NCBI GenBank assembly: GCA_047973065.1
Contig: JBKEBH010000302.1
Location: forward strand, 567 to 64,566
Source of the DNA: Paracoccus sp. (in: a-proteobacteria)
GTDB taxonomy: Bacteria; Pseudomonadota; Alphaproteobacteria; Rhodobacterales; Rhodobacteraceae
Reading direction: 5' to 3'
Length of the DNA stretch: 64,000 bases
Every line of letters starts with the position of its first letter. Within the stretch, counting starts at the first letter, position 1. The notes beneath the pieces were generated by a model, which was given only the letters and a program-made list of their open reading frames with translations, searched no databases and was not told the DNA's origin. The position numbers were made by a program, and so were the translations under genes. Below are positions 32,629 to 43,239 of this stretch, one piece after another.

Positions 32629-33327
32629 TTAACGTGCCCAGGGCTGGCCCTTGTCCTGGCTCGACAGCTCGCGCAGACGCTCGATATTTTCGATGATCGC
32701 GAAATTGCCGTCGATGCGTACCCCGTGATTGCGCAGCCGGGCGAAGGCCCGCGACAGGCTTTCGGGCTGGATGCCCAGATGGCCGGCGATCAGGGTCTTG
32801 TTATAGGGCAGGGGCAGGCGGGCACCGTTTTCGCGGCCCTCGGCCAGCTCGACCAGAAATTCCGCCAGCCGCTGCACGCCGGAGCGGGCTTTCAGCTGCT
32901 CGACCTGCTCGACCAGCCCGTGCAGGTGGACATAGCTGGCGGCAAGCAGGTTCAGCGCCAGTTCCGGGTCTTGGGTGATCTGATGGCGCAGCCGCTTGCC
33001 GTCGATCTGGATCAGCGTGCAGTCGCTGATCGCCTCGGCCGAGACCGGATAGACCTCGCCGCGCAGCGCCACCGCTTCGCCAAAGCTGCGGTTGCGGGTC
33101 AGGATCGAGACCACCGCTTCGGCACCCGAAGGCGAGATCCGGTAAAGCTTCACCCAGCCCTCGACGATCAGATGAACCGCGCTTGCCGGCTCGCCCTGAA
33201 GGAAAATGGTTTCGCCGCTGCTGACATGGCGCTGCACCGCGCCATCCAGTACCCGTTCGCGCGCAGCTTCCGGCAGATAGCGCAGCAGGACAGAGGCATT
33301 TGCAAGCGAAGCGAGTTTGGAGGACAT
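32629..33327 (-). CDS. Crp/Fnr-family regulator, DNR/NNR-like
   Basis: GWVKLYR, SFGEA, YPVSAEA and IAGHLGIQPESLSR. No Fe-S Cys cluster. Confidence 0.85.
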   Translation of the reverse strand: MSSKLASLANASVLLRYLPEAARERVLDGAVQRHVSSGETIFLQGEPASAVHLIVEGWVKLYRISPSGAEAVVSILTRNRSFGEAVALRGEVYPVSAEAISDCTLIQIDGKRLRHQITQDPELALNLLAASYVHLHGLVEQVEQLKARSGVQRLAEFLVELAEGRENGARLPLPYNKTLIAGHLGIQPESLSRAFARLRNHGVRIDGNFAIIENIERLRELSSQDKGQPWAR

Positions 33328-33416
33328 TATCCTGTTCCCGATGAAATGTTTCAGTACTGGCGCGGATCCGCCGCGCATACGAGCCTACCCGGACAATCAG
33401 ACGGCGCCGCTTGTAA

Positions 33417-33851
33417 TTATGGTGCGAGCTCCTTGGTCTCGATTATGCGCTGCGCGGAGCGGGTGCAATAGAAAGCGGGCCCATGATCCGGCTGGTTGAC
33501 GCAGGGCTCATCCGCGCTGAGCGGGGCAATCGCGAATCCGCCGGCGGGCTGAATTTCGACCCGGTAGCGATAGATTTCCGCTTCGGGCGGAACCCCGTGG
33601 ATGAACGGGCTCATGCGCAGGCCGGTTTCGCCGCAGCGCGCTTCGATCACCGCTTGCCCGGCACCGGCCAGAACCTGGGTCAGAACCTCGCGCCGGTCCT
33701 CACAGGCGGCAGCGCTTTGCGCCGGGCTCAGCGTCAGACGGATATCGCCATCCCCGGTCAGGGTCAGCAGAAGAAGCGCGGAAGACAGCAAGGCGAACCT
33801 TCGGATATGACCGGTCGGAGGCCGGGAATGGGGCTGATTTTCGAGGTGCAT
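33417..33851 (-). CDS. Hypothetical exported protein with four Cys
   Basis: GAGGGA-like RBS, hydrophobic N-terminal stretch, four spaced Cys. Fills the intergenic gap. Confidence 0.6.
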   Translation of the reverse strand: MHLENQPHSRPPTGHIRRFALLSSALLLLTLTGDGDIRLTLSPAQSAAACEDRREVLTQVLAGAGQAVIEARCGETGLRMSPFIHGVPPEAEIYRYRVEIQPAGGFAIAPLSADEPCVNQPDHGPAFYCTRSAQRIIETKELAP

Positions 33852-34077
33852 TCTCTGTCATTTCCCTCGGTTCCCTCAAGCTGGCATAAGGTCGCGTTGG
33901 CCCGGCTCATCTGTGCATCCGCCGGTTCATTCTGATGATGCGCAGGCTTGCGCGGGCTGATATGGGATTCAGCATGCCGGCAGGTTCAACGCGGTTTGTC
34001 TGCCTGCGCCGGCGAGGATTTTGCATCTGCCCGGGCAGAAAGGCCCGATGGCAAGGGGAGAGGATAAGGCGGCTGCC

Positions 34078-35175
34078 ATGAATGATACGGCTCTTGATCA
34101 GTTCACTGTTGAAACCGCAAAGGCGCGTCTGCCCGCCGATGAGCGCAGGGCAATTTTCGCCAATCCCGGTTTTGGCCGCTACCTGACCGATCACATGGTC
34201 ACCATTTGCTATACCGCCGACAAAGGCTGGCACGATGCGAAGATCGGGGCGCGCCATGATCTCCAGCTCAGCCCCTCGACCATGGCGCTGCATTATGCCG
34301 GCGAGATCTTCGAGGGCATGAAGGCTTACCGCCATCCCGATGGCAGCGCCGCATTGTTCCGCCCCGAAGCCAATGCCCGCCGCTTCAACGCATCGGCCCG
34401 GCGTCTGGCCATGGCCGAAATCCCCGAGGATCTGTTCATCGCGGCGGTCAGCCAGTTGAGCGAACTCGATCGGGACTGGATCCCGTCCGAGGGCGAGGCC
34501 TCGCTTTACCTGCGCCCCTTCATGATCGGCACCGAAATCGCCATCGGCAACCATCCCTCAGACAGCTATCTGTTCAGCGTCATCGCCTCGCCGGTGGGAT
34601 CCTATTTCAAGGGCGGCGTGTCCGGGGTTTCGGTCTGGGTATCAGAGACCTATACCCGCGCCGCCCCCGGCGGCACCGGCGATGCGAAATGCGGCGGAAA
34701 CTACGCCGCCGCGCTGGCAGCGCAGGCCGAGGCCGCCAAGCAGGGCTGCGAACAGGTCGTCTTTCTCGATGCGGTCGAGCGCCGCTGGATCGAGGAGCTG
34801 GCCGGGATGAACGTCTTCTTTGTCTTCGATGACGGCACGCTGCAGACCCCGCCGCTGACCGGCACCATCCTGCCCGGCATCACCCGCGATTCGCTGATCA
34901 ATCTGGCCCGCGATATGGGCATGAGCCTGCGCGAGGAACCCTATGCCATCGACCAGTGGCGCGCCGATCTGGCCTCGGGCCGTCTGGTTGAGGTCTTCGC
35001 CTGCGGCACCGCTGCCGTGGTCGCGCCGATCGGTCAGCTGAAAGGCGCGGATTTCGACGTGAGCATCGGCGATGGCGGCATGGGCCCGGTGACGGCGCGC
35101 CTGCGCAAGGCGCTGACCGATATCCAATTCGGCCGCGCCGCCGATCCGCATGGCTGGGTCAAGCGGCTGTTCTGA
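34078..35175 (+). CDS. ilvE: Branched-chain amino acid aminotransferase
   Basis: LHYAGEIFEGMKAY, LYLRPF, GTGDAKCGGNYA, ILPGITR and FACGTAAVV. Confidence 0.94.
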   Translation: MNDTALDQFTVETAKARLPADERRAIFANPGFGRYLTDHMVTICYTADKGWHDAKIGARHDLQLSPSTMALHYAGEIFEGMKAYRHPDGSAALFRPEANARRFNASARRLAMAEIPEDLFIAAVSQLSELDRDWIPSEGEASLYLRPFMIGTEIAIGNHPSDSYLFSVIASPVGSYFKGGVSGVSVWVSETYTRAAPGGTGDAKCGGNYAAALAAQAEAAKQGCEQVVFLDAVERRWIEELAGMNVFFVFDDGTLQTPPLTGTILPGITRDSLINLARDMGMSLREEPYAIDQWRADLASGRLVEVFACGTAAVVAPIGQLKGADFDVSIGDGGMGPVTARLRKALTDIQFGRAADPHGWVKRLF

Positions 35176-35235
35176 TCTGGAACCGGCCGGGGCGGGGCGC
35201 GATTTTGTCCTGGTCGCATCAAGGCGGATGGATTG

Positions 35236-35616
35236 ATGGGCGATGTAACCGGCGGTTGTTCCTGCGGCGAGATCCGGTTCTCTGTTCGCGGATCCCCTGA
35301 TCGCGTCGGCATCTGCCATTGTCTGGATTGCCGCAAACATCACGGCGCGGTTTTCTACGCCGCCGCGGTCTTTTCTGAAACGGCCTTTACGCTGACCGGG
35401 AAACCCAAGGGTTACAAAGGCCGGTTTTTCTGCCCCGATTGCGGTTCCTCGGTCTTTTTCAGGACCGGCCCCGAGATCGAGGTCCATCTCGGGGCGCTCG
35501 ATCAGCCAAATCGGTTCACGCCCAGCTATGAGCTTTGGGTCGCTCGCCGCGAGGCCTGGCTTCCCGCTTTCCCGATGATGACGCAATATCCCGGGAATCG
35601 CACGGATGGCGCTTAG
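35236..35616 (+). CDS. GFA/CENP-V-family zinc-binding protein
   Basis: GGCSCG, CHCLDCRK and FCPDCGS. Confidence 0.88.
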   Translation: MGDVTGGCSCGEIRFSVRGSPDRVGICHCLDCRKHHGAVFYAAAVFSETAFTLTGKPKGYKGRFFCPDCGSSVFFRTGPEIEVHLGALDQPNRFTPSYELWVARREAWLPAFPMMTQYPGNRTDGA

Positions 35617-37730
35617 GGCGCCACCATTCGCAGCCTTGCCCGCCGGGTCACGCCCCGTGCATCGGTGACCGAAATTTCCGAAATGCCCGGCAGGCCGGGG
35701 ATGCGGGCCAGCGGCTCGGGGATGGCGATTGCGGCGGGGGTGCCGTTCAGAAGCCAGGTATAGGGGGGCGTGCCGCCGCGCAGGCGCAGGGGGATCTCGG
35801 CGCCGGGGCGCAGCTCCAGCTCGGCCCCGTCGGGGGGAAACAGGATGGTCAGCGGATCGGCCGGCCCCGACGTGATCGCGCCGGTGCGGCTGCCCGCCAG
35901 GCGCAATGTGCCGGGGGCACGGAAGCGGCGCAGGGGCTCGGGCAGATCGGGATTGGCCAGTATCAGGGTTTCGGGCGGGGGCGGCGGCAAAGGCTGGCGG
36001 CGCGGGCCGAGAAGATCGAACAGATCGAACAGGACCGGCGCTGCGATCTGCCCTCCGAACGCGCCGGGCACCGGGGTGCCATCGGCGCGGCCCATCCAGA
36101 CCCCGGCGACGAAACGCCCGTCATAGCCGATGGACAGTGCATCGCGGTGGCCATAGCTGGTCCCGGTCTTATAGGCGATGCGCCCCGGGCTGCGGCCCTG
36201 CGGCGGTGGCACCTGCGACAGGACCGAGCCGATCTGCCAGGCCGCGGGCGCGCTGACCAGCCGGCGGGAGGGCGGCGCCGGGCCATCCTGCGCAATCTCG
36301 CGCAGGGTGACGGTCTGCCCGCCCGCAGCCAATGCGCCGTAACCTGCGACCAGATCATGCAGCGACACGCCCGCTCCGCCCAGAACCAGCGCCAGCCCCG
36401 GCGCGCCGCCCTGAGCCTTGATCTCCATCCCCGCCCGGCGCAGCGCCGCCATGATCCGGGCCGGGCCGAGCGCCTCGGCAACCCGCACCACCGGGATGTT
36501 CAGGGATTCCTGAAGTGCGCGGCGGATGGTGATGGTGCCGCGAAAATGGCCGTCGAAATTTTCCGGCTGCCAGCGACCGAAAACGGCCGGGCGGTCTTCG
36601 ATCAGGGTTTCGGGATGGATCAGCCCGTCATCGAAGCCAAGCGCATAGACAAAGGGTTTCAGCGTCGAGCCGGGCGAACGCAGCGCCCGGGTCATATCGA
36701 CGAACCCATCGCGGGGCGTGCTGCCATAATCTGCCGTGCCGATTTCGGCCAGCACCTCGCCGGTGCCGTGATCGGCGATGATCGCCGCGCCCGAGGCACG
36801 TTCGGGCAGATCCGCCACCGCGCGCGCGACCAGGGCCTCGGCGGCGCGTTGCAGCTCGGGGTCGAGCGTGGTTTCGATCCGCGTCTGGCCGGGATGGGCG
36901 CGGCGCAGCCGTTCTGACAGAAGCGGCGCATGGGCCGGAAAGGCACGGCGGGTTTCGGGCAGGGGCGCGGCGCGGGCGGTGGCGGCGGCTTCTGCGTCGA
37001 TGATGCCAAGCGCCTCGGCCCGGTCGAGCACCCGGTTGCGGGCCGCCCGCGCGTTCGCGCGGTGGGAGGCGCTATCGGGGCGGGGGGATTCGGGTGATTG
37101 CGGCAGGGCGACCAGCAGCGCGGCTTCGGCCGGGGTCAGGCGCGTCGGCTCCTTTGCAAACCACATCAGTGACGCGGCGCGCACCCCTTCGGTATTGCCG
37201 CCATAAGGGGCAAGGCGCAGGTAAAGCGCCATGATCGCATCCTTGCCGATCCGCCGTTCCAGCGCCATGGCAAGGCGCGCCTGCCGGATCTTGCCGCCCC
37301 ATTCGGCGGTCGGTCCGCGTTCCAGCAGCCGGGCGGTCTGCATCGACAGGGTCGAGGCGCCCGAAACGATCCGGCCATGGCGCAGCGCCTGCGCGCCGGC
37401 CCGCAGCACCGCGCGGGGATCGACGCCGTCATGCTGCCAGAAGCGCTGATCCTCCCAGGCGATCAGCATGGCCTGAAAGCGGGGATCGACCCCGGCTTCG
37501 GGTGGGGCGAGCCGCCAGAGCCCGCCCTCGACCTGAAAGGCGCGCAGAAGGCTGCCATCGCGGGCCAGAACCTCGGTGCCGACCGGCACGGCGAGGGCCG
37601 GCAGGGGCGTGGCCTCGATCCAGCGATCAAGGGCGGCGCGACCCCAATCCGCGCCAGCCCCGATCAGCCCGAGGACAAGAGCGGCAGCAACCAGCCGCCG
37701 CCCGGCGCGCTGGGACCGGTCAACCGGCAC
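35613..37730 (-). CDS. pbpC: Penicillin-binding protein 1C
   Basis: EDQRF, GASTLSMQ, SPGSTLKP, SLN and KTGTSYG. Downstream of the A2M gene. Start estimated at GTG 37730. Confidence 0.92.
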   Translation of the reverse strand: MPVDRSQRAGRRLVAAALVLGLIGAGADWGRAALDRWIEATPLPALAVPVGTEVLARDGSLLRAFQVEGGLWRLAPPEAGVDPRFQAMLIAWEDQRFWQHDGVDPRAVLRAGAQALRHGRIVSGASTLSMQTARLLERGPTAEWGGKIRQARLAMALERRIGKDAIMALYLRLAPYGGNTEGVRAASLMWFAKEPTRLTPAEAALLVALPQSPESPRPDSASHRANARAARNRVLDRAEALGIIDAEAAATARAAPLPETRRAFPAHAPLLSERLRRAHPGQTRIETTLDPELQRAAEALVARAVADLPERASGAAIIADHGTGEVLAEIGTADYGSTPRDGFVDMTRALRSPGSTLKPFVYALGFDDGLIHPETLIEDRPAVFGRWQPENFDGHFRGTITIRRALQESLNIPVVRVAEALGPARIMAALRRAGMEIKAQGGAPGLALVLGGAGVSLHDLVAGYGALAAGGQTVTLREIAQDGPAPPSRRLVSAPAAWQIGSVLSQVPPPQGRSPGRIAYKTGTSYGHRDALSIGYDGRFVAGVWMGRADGTPVPGAFGGQIAAPVLFDLFDLLGPRRQPLPPPPPETLILANPDLPEPLRRFRAPGTLRLAGSRTGAITSGPADPLTILFPPDGAELELRPGAEIPLRLRGGTPPYTWLLNGTPAAIAIPEPLARIPGLPGISEISVTDARGVTRRARLRMVAP

Positions 37731-37734
37731 CGGT

Positions 37735-40700
37735 TCAGGGCGTGACGGTGACGGTGCCACTGTCGGTCCAGCCGCGCCGCTCGGGGCGATAGAAGTCGGA
37801 AACCGTTGCCGCCGGGTGATGGAAGCTTCCCGGGGTGACGGCGCGGACCCGATAGGCCAGCTGGAAGCTGTCGCCATCCGAGTTTTCCAGCGAGGCCGCA
37901 AAGCGGTTGGCGCGGAATTCGGTCATATCGGTATCGGCGCTGCCGCCATACCAGTCGAGCCCTTCGGTCTTGCCCGAGGAAATCAGGTTCGGATTGTCGA
38001 TCTCGAATCCGGCGGGCAGGGGATCGGCCATGATCAACCGGCCGCTGTAATCGCCAAAGGGCGTGACGTTCAGCACCACCACCATGCGCTGCCCCTGCGG
38101 GACCGTGCCCGGATCGACGGGTGCGCCTTCGGGCGTGTAATAGCGACGCTCGATCCGGTAATGGGTGCCATCGGCCGTGATCGGCTCGACCGGGACCGCC
38201 GTTGCCGAAAGCGTCACATCGACCGCCCGGTCCGAGCGATTGCCAAGCGGCAATGCCAGCGGCGCGGCGGCATCGCCCAGGTCCAGAACCGGCGCGGCCA
38301 GCGGCGCATCGCCAAAGGTCAGGCCCTGGCCCGGATCATCGCCCGTGCTCAGCGCGTGACCGGCCAGCACCGTCCACATCGCTTCTTGCGAGGAAAGCCC
38401 GCCATTGCCGCCGCGCCGGGCAAGCTCGACGCTGATCTCGCCGGCGAGACGGTCGCGGTCGATGCGGCCGGTTCCGGCCTCGGCGGCAAGGGCGATCACG
38501 GCGGCGCGGTCGCGCAGCAAGGTGCCGAAATCGCGGCGCAGCCCCGAGGGATCGGCCCCTTCGGCCAGAAGCATATTGGCGCGCTCGAACATGCGATCGG
38601 CGCGCGGCTGATCGCCAAGGAAGGACAGCGCCGCCCCCAGCTGCGCCGCCGCGAGCGGGGTCTTGAAGCTGCCGGCGCCGGCATCGACGTAATAGCGCAG
38701 ATCGCTGACCACGGCGCTGCCTTCGCGGGCCAGCACATAGGCGGCATAGGCCATGGCCGCGGTTTCGCCGTCCGAGGCATATTGCGGATCCGAGGCCGCG
38801 TTCAGCCGGTTCTGCAAATTGCTGAGCGCCCGGCGATAGCTGGTTTCGGGCAGGGCATGGCCCTGTGCCCGGGCCCGCGACAGGAAGTCGGTGGCATAGG
38901 CGTCCAGCCATGGCTCGCTGTTGCGGGCATTCCAGAGCCCGAACCCGCCCGACGGGGTCTGTCGGGTCAGGATCTTGGCAATGGCGCTGTCGATGCCCTC
39001 GTCGAAATTGCCGGGCAAGGCCGGCATGTCGGTGTCCATCAGCCCGGACACGTAAAGCTGCGGCATCGCCTTGGAGGTCAGCTGTTCGGTGCAGCCATAG
39101 GGAAAATCGCGCAGCAGGGTCAGCGCTGCGGGAATGTCCAAAAGCCCATAGGCCCCGGCCGAAAGCGTGACCCGGCCCGAGCCCGGGAAGAACGGGCCGA
39201 GCCCGGACAGATCGGGCGTGACATTATCGCCGGGCCGGATGCTCAGACGCATGGCCCGGGTCACCGGCATGTCCTGACGCAGGACCGGGATCTGCAGGTC
39301 CTTGGTGATGGTGCGCCCATCGGGCAGCACGGCAGAGATGCGCAGTCCAGACTGCCCTTCGGCACCGGGCGCATTCAAGGTGACATCAAGCGGCAACCGC
39401 TGGCCCTCGGCCAGGGTGACCTCCGGGCTCAGACCGCTGGCGGCGATGGCGACTTGGCCGGGCTGACCCTTGGCCAGAGGCGCAATCGACAGTGCGACCT
39501 TGCCGGCCGGTCCCGAAACATGGGTCAGGCTCAGCCTGAGCCGGGCCGTGTCCTCGGGGGACAGGAAGGCCGGGGCGGTCACGGTCATCACCACCTGATC
39601 GCGCACCTGATTGGTCTTGTGGGCCTGGCCGAGGGCGCCGGCGGTCCAGGCCACGGCCATCAGACGGACCTCGCCATTGAAATCGGGCAGGGGCACGGAA
39701 ATCTGCGCCTTGCCGTTTTCATCCAGCGTCACCGGACCCGAGAACCAGGCCATCAGCTTTTCAGTCGGCGGCGGGGCCGTATCGGAAGCGCCCGGCGCAT
39801 CCCCACCCGAGCGGATCGCCCCGTCAGCTGCGCCCGAAGACAGGATCAGCCGGCCATAAAGATCGCGCAGCCCGACGCCGAGCCGCCGCTGACCGAAATA
39901 GTGATCGGAGGCCGAGGGCGGCTGATAGCCGGTGATGTTCAGGATGCCCTGATCGACCGCCGCTATCGTGGCGTGGACGGTCTCGTCCGGGGCGGCGCCG
40001 GTGACCGCCAGCGTCAGCTCGGCATTGCCGCGCGGGTCGATCTGTTCGGGGGCCTCCAGCGCTACATCCAGCAGGCGGCTGCCGGGATCGACGCCCGCCG
40101 CCGCCAGACCCAGCGTGCGCACCGGGGTATGACCGGCATCTTCGCCAAGCGGGCGGATCGCATTGACCGCGACATAGACGCCCGCGCCCCATTCATCGGT
40201 GACCGGCAGGCGGATGGTGTTCATGCCCTCGCTGACCGATACCGAGGCCAGCGTGACCAGGTGGTTCGACATGACCGACACCAGTGCCGCGCCATCGGCC
40301 GGCGCTTCAAAGCTGACAATCGCGGTTTCGCCGGCCCGGTAAGCTGGCTTGTCCAGCGTCACCTTCAGTCGGTCGGGCGTATCCTTGGCTGAACTGGCGA
40401 CGCCCCAGCCGGCATAAAAGCGGCTCGATGCCTCGGCTCCGTCGGCGGTCTTCACGATCAGCTCATATTCGCCCCAATCGACCGGGGCCGAAAGGCTGGC
40501 CGGTTCGCTTCCATCCAGCGCCAGCTCGCCCGAGGCGATCTGACGGCGGCTGATGATCGGTTCCCAGTTCCAGTCGCCGTCAATCGAATACCATTGGTAT
40601 TCGGTATGGATCCGGTTCAGATGCCAGCTGATCTGGCCGGGCTGCGCGGTCAGATCCGGGCCAAGCGCGATCACCGAGAACTGCGCCTCGGTCCCTTCGG

Positions 40701-43239
40701 GGACGGTATTGTCGTCGAAATCCGGTTTGATGCCGGGCAGGGCGCGGGCCGGACGCACCAGAACCTCGCTGCGCCGCTCGACCGGGCGGCCGGCACCTTC
40801 CAGCACCGAAAGCCGCATCTCGGCCTGAACCGGGCGGGTGCTATTGGCCATTTCCGGCGGGATCCGGGTTTCGACCCGATAGCTGCCATCCGGCCCGGTC
40901 CTGCCGGAAATCATGCTGGCGGTGGTGGTGCGGGTGTCGTCTTCGCGCCCGAAGACATAGCCCTCCCAGCCGGGCAGGCTGCGCACCGGGCGCAAGGACA
41001 GCTCGCCCTCGACCGGCAGATCGGCGGCCGGCGCGCCATAAAGCCAGCGTGCGTCGATGGCGGTGGCGATATCGGCATCGGCGGCGAGTGGAGCGCTGCC
41101 GAGGTCGAGGTCGAAATCTATGCGCTCGGGCCGGAAATCCTCGACCAGCATCCGCATCGAGGCCAGAGCCGGGCTGTCTTCCTCGACCCGCAGATCAATC
41201 CGCCAGGCTCCGCGCGGGGCGGTAGCCGGGATCGGGAAATCCAGCACGAAGCCGCCATCGCCGGCAGGCGCGGGCATCAGCTTGGTATATTCGGCACCGT
41301 CGGGCCGGATGATGGTGGCGCTGAGCGGCAGCCCGTCAATCGCGCTCACCTTGCTGTCGCGGGCCAGGATGGTGGCATGGGCGGTCTCGCCGGCCCGGTA
41401 GGCACCGCGATCGAGCGCGGCGAAAAGGTCGATGGGCGGGGCTGGCGGATTGCCTTCGACCCCGCGATCCGACAGGTCGAATTCGGGATCCATCAGCGAC
41501 AGGAAGCTCAGATCGACGACCTTGCCGTCATCGCCCGGGCGGGATGCGGTGATCAGCCCCGGCTCGGCGGAGCCGCGCCCGCGGGTCAGGCCGGCATCGA
41601 AATGGGCGATGCCTTGCGCATCGGTCCGGGCCGTGCCCAGAACCGCATTGCCGCGTGAGACCAGAGCGACCTCGATCCCTTCGCGCGGACGGGCATCTGA
41701 CAGGCCCAGCACCGCAACGGTCAGTCCGTCGGTTCCCGAAAAGCTCGACAGGCCGAGATCGGAGACCATGAACCATTGCGAGGCGGTCGGGCTGATATCT
41801 TCGTCGGCGTCGGGGATGGCGGCGCGCAGCACATAGATACCCGGCTCCAGCGGGCCGGCCTCGCCGCGCAGATCGAGCCGCGAAGCGACTTCCGCATTGA
41901 CCGGGTGGCTTCCGCCGCCAGCGGGCGGGGCGATGGTGGCCGCGCCTTGCCAGAGCTTTTCGCCGAGCGTGTCGGTGAAATAATTTTCCTGCCAGCCCTC
42001 AAGCGGGGTGCCGAACATCTGATCGCGCAGAGCGGCAATCAGGTTGCGGTCCGACATGCGATAAAGCGACAGCTCTGCCTCGGGGGTATTGACCGTATGG
42101 ATGGTCAGCCCGAGATCGCCCGAGGCCGGCAGCACATAGGCCCGGCCCGGAAAACGCACGCTGGGGCTGCGATCGGCGATATAGGTGGTCAGCCGGGTAT
42201 CGCGGTCCAGCACCTCGCCGCTGGCGGCGGGCAGCCCCTTGCGCAGGGTGATCGCCAGATCAGTGCCGCGCGCCATGCCGGTGATGCAAAGCTCGCTGCC
42301 GTTGGCCTCGACACCCATGGTCGGGTCGGGCAGATCGACATAGGGGCGCAGATCGGCATTGCCGTCGATCTTTTCCGAGAAGGAAACGCAGAAACGCGGC
42401 TCGACGCCATCGGCCAGCAGGTTGTTATCCTCGACGCGGAAGCTGAAGCGGGCCTCATATTCCTCGACATAGGAAGTAAATTCCTCGCTGGCAGGCAGGC
42501 CCGAGCGCATGGCGGCAAGGGCATCCTTGCCCCGGTCGAGCTTTGCAGCTGCTTGCGCCCAGGCTGTCAGCCCGCCGATATGACTGGAATCGCGCAGCCA
42601 GGCATTGGTCGCGGCGGCAAGCGCTGCCGTATACATTTCACGCGAATTGACTGCGGTGCTGTCGGCCGCATGAAAGAAGCGCAGCGACAGGGTCTCCCAC
42701 TCCGCTGGATCGTCGGTTCTGGCCACGATGGCCGCCTGAAGGCGCAGCCCCTCCTCACGGTCACTTGACTGGATCCCGGGCATGATCTGCTTGATTTCGG
42801 CTATGCTCAACTCACTGCCGGGATAGGTCTGGCTGAGGGTTTCGGCCTGGCGGCGCGCCGCTTTCAGATCGGCCTCGCTCAGCCAGCTGCCGACATTGGC
42901 CAGCTTTTCAGCGGCCCGCGCTTCGATTTCGGGATCGGTCTTGTAGACCAGACCAGACAGCGCGCCTTCGAAGGGAATGGCCGGATCGGGATTGGCTTTC
43001 GGAAAACAGGCCCGGGACGAGGCATTATAGGTCAGAGCGCTGCATTCGCTGTTACTCAGGCAGGCCTCGACGCAGGCAGTTTCGCCGATTTCGAAGATCG
43101 GACCAAGATCGCCGCCGGGCATGTCGAATCCGTCTTGCAGAACAATGCGGGCAGGGGGCAGGGCCTCTTGCGCCGATAGGGGCATCATCAGTCCGGTCAG
43201 CACAAGACCGGCAGCGGCGATTGCTATTCTGCGCATCAT
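37735..43239 (-). CDS. Bacterial alpha-2-macroglobulin with an N-terminal PAN/apple-like domain
   Basis: 1834 aa with thioester motif PYGCTEQ, DRGAYRAGE and LPAGFEI. N-terminal C..AC.....C...Y......CF pattern. Confidence 0.95.
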   Translation of the reverse strand: MMRRIAIAAAGLVLTGLMMPLSAQEALPPARIVLQDGFDMPGGDLGPIFEIGETACVEACLSNSECSALTYNASSRACFPKANPDPAIPFEGALSGLVYKTDPEIEARAAEKLANVGSWLSEADLKAARRQAETLSQTYPGSELSIAEIKQIMPGIQSSDREEGLRLQAAIVARTDDPAEWETLSLRFFHAADSTAVNSREMYTAALAAATNAWLRDSSHIGGLTAWAQAAAKLDRGKDALAAMRSGLPASEEFTSYVEEYEARFSFRVEDNNLLADGVEPRFCVSFSEKIDGNADLRPYVDLPDPTMGVEANGSELCITGMARGTDLAITLRKGLPAASGEVLDRDTRLTTYIADRSPSVRFPGRAYVLPASGDLGLTIHTVNTPEAELSLYRMSDRNLIAALRDQMFGTPLEGWQENYFTDTLGEKLWQGAATIAPPAGGGSHPVNAEVASRLDLRGEAGPLEPGIYVLRAAIPDADEDISPTASQWFMVSDLGLSSFSGTDGLTVAVLGLSDARPREGIEVALVSRGNAVLGTARTDAQGIAHFDAGLTRGRGSAEPGLITASRPGDDGKVVDLSFLSLMDPEFDLSDRGVEGNPPAPPIDLFAALDRGAYRAGETAHATILARDSKVSAIDGLPLSATIIRPDGAEYTKLMPAPAGDGGFVLDFPIPATAPRGAWRIDLRVEEDSPALASMRMLVEDFRPERIDFDLDLGSAPLAADADIATAIDARWLYGAPAADLPVEGELSLRPVRSLPGWEGYVFGREDDTRTTTASMISGRTGPDGSYRVETRIPPEMANSTRPVQAEMRLSVLEGAGRPVERRSEVLVRPARALPGIKPDFDDNTVPEGTEAQFSVIALGPDLTAQPGQISWHLNRIHTEYQWYSIDGDWNWEPIISRRQIASGELALDGSEPASLSAPVDWGEYELIVKTADGAEASSRFYAGWGVASSAKDTPDRLKVTLDKPAYRAGETAIVSFEAPADGAALVSVMSNHLVTLASVSVSEGMNTIRLPVTDEWGAGVYVAVNAIRPLGEDAGHTPVRTLGLAAAGVDPGSRLLDVALEAPEQIDPRGNAELTLAVTGAAPDETVHATIAAVDQGILNITGYQPPSASDHYFGQRRLGVGLRDLYGRLILSSGAADGAIRSGGDAPGASDTAPPPTEKLMAWFSGPVTLDENGKAQISVPLPDFNGEVRLMAVAWTAGALGQAHKTNQVRDQVVMTVTAPAFLSPEDTARLRLSLTHVSGPAGKVALSIAPLAKGQPGQVAIAASGLSPEVTLAEGQRLPLDVTLNAPGAEGQSGLRISAVLPDGRTITKDLQIPVLRQDMPVTRAMRLSIRPGDNVTPDLSGLGPFFPGSGRVTLSAGAYGLLDIPAALTLLRDFPYGCTEQLTSKAMPQLYVSGLMDTDMPALPGNFDEGIDSAIAKILTRQTPSGGFGLWNARNSEPWLDAYATDFLSRARAQGHALPETSYRRALSNLQNRLNAASDPQYASDGETAAMAYAAYVLAREGSAVVSDLRYYVDAGAGSFKTPLAAAQLGAALSFLGDQPRADRMFERANMLLAEGADPSGLRRDFGTLLRDRAAVIALAAEAGTGRIDRDRLAGEISVELARRGGNGGLSSQEAMWTVLAGHALSTGDDPGQGLTFGDAPLAAPVLDLGDAAAPLALPLGNRSDRAVDVTLSATAVPVEPITADGTHYRIERRYYTPEGAPVDPGTVPQGQRMVVVLNVTPFGDYSGRLIMADPLPAGFEIDNPNLISSGKTEGLDWYGGSADTDMTEFRANRFAASLENSDGDSFQLAYRVRAVTPGSFHHPAATVSDFYRPERRGWTDSGTVTVTP

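Noticed and set aside
33342..33353. Near-palindrome TGAAATGTTTCA upstream of the DNR-like gene
   Set aside because: Short, single copy and matching no motif I can name, so it could be chance.
35236..35616. GFA-family gene as the glutathione-dependent formaldehyde-activating enzyme partnering frmA
   Set aside because: It is a short generic GFA/CENP-V-type protein about 7.8 kb from frmA, separated by A2M/pbpC. Nothing supports the link.
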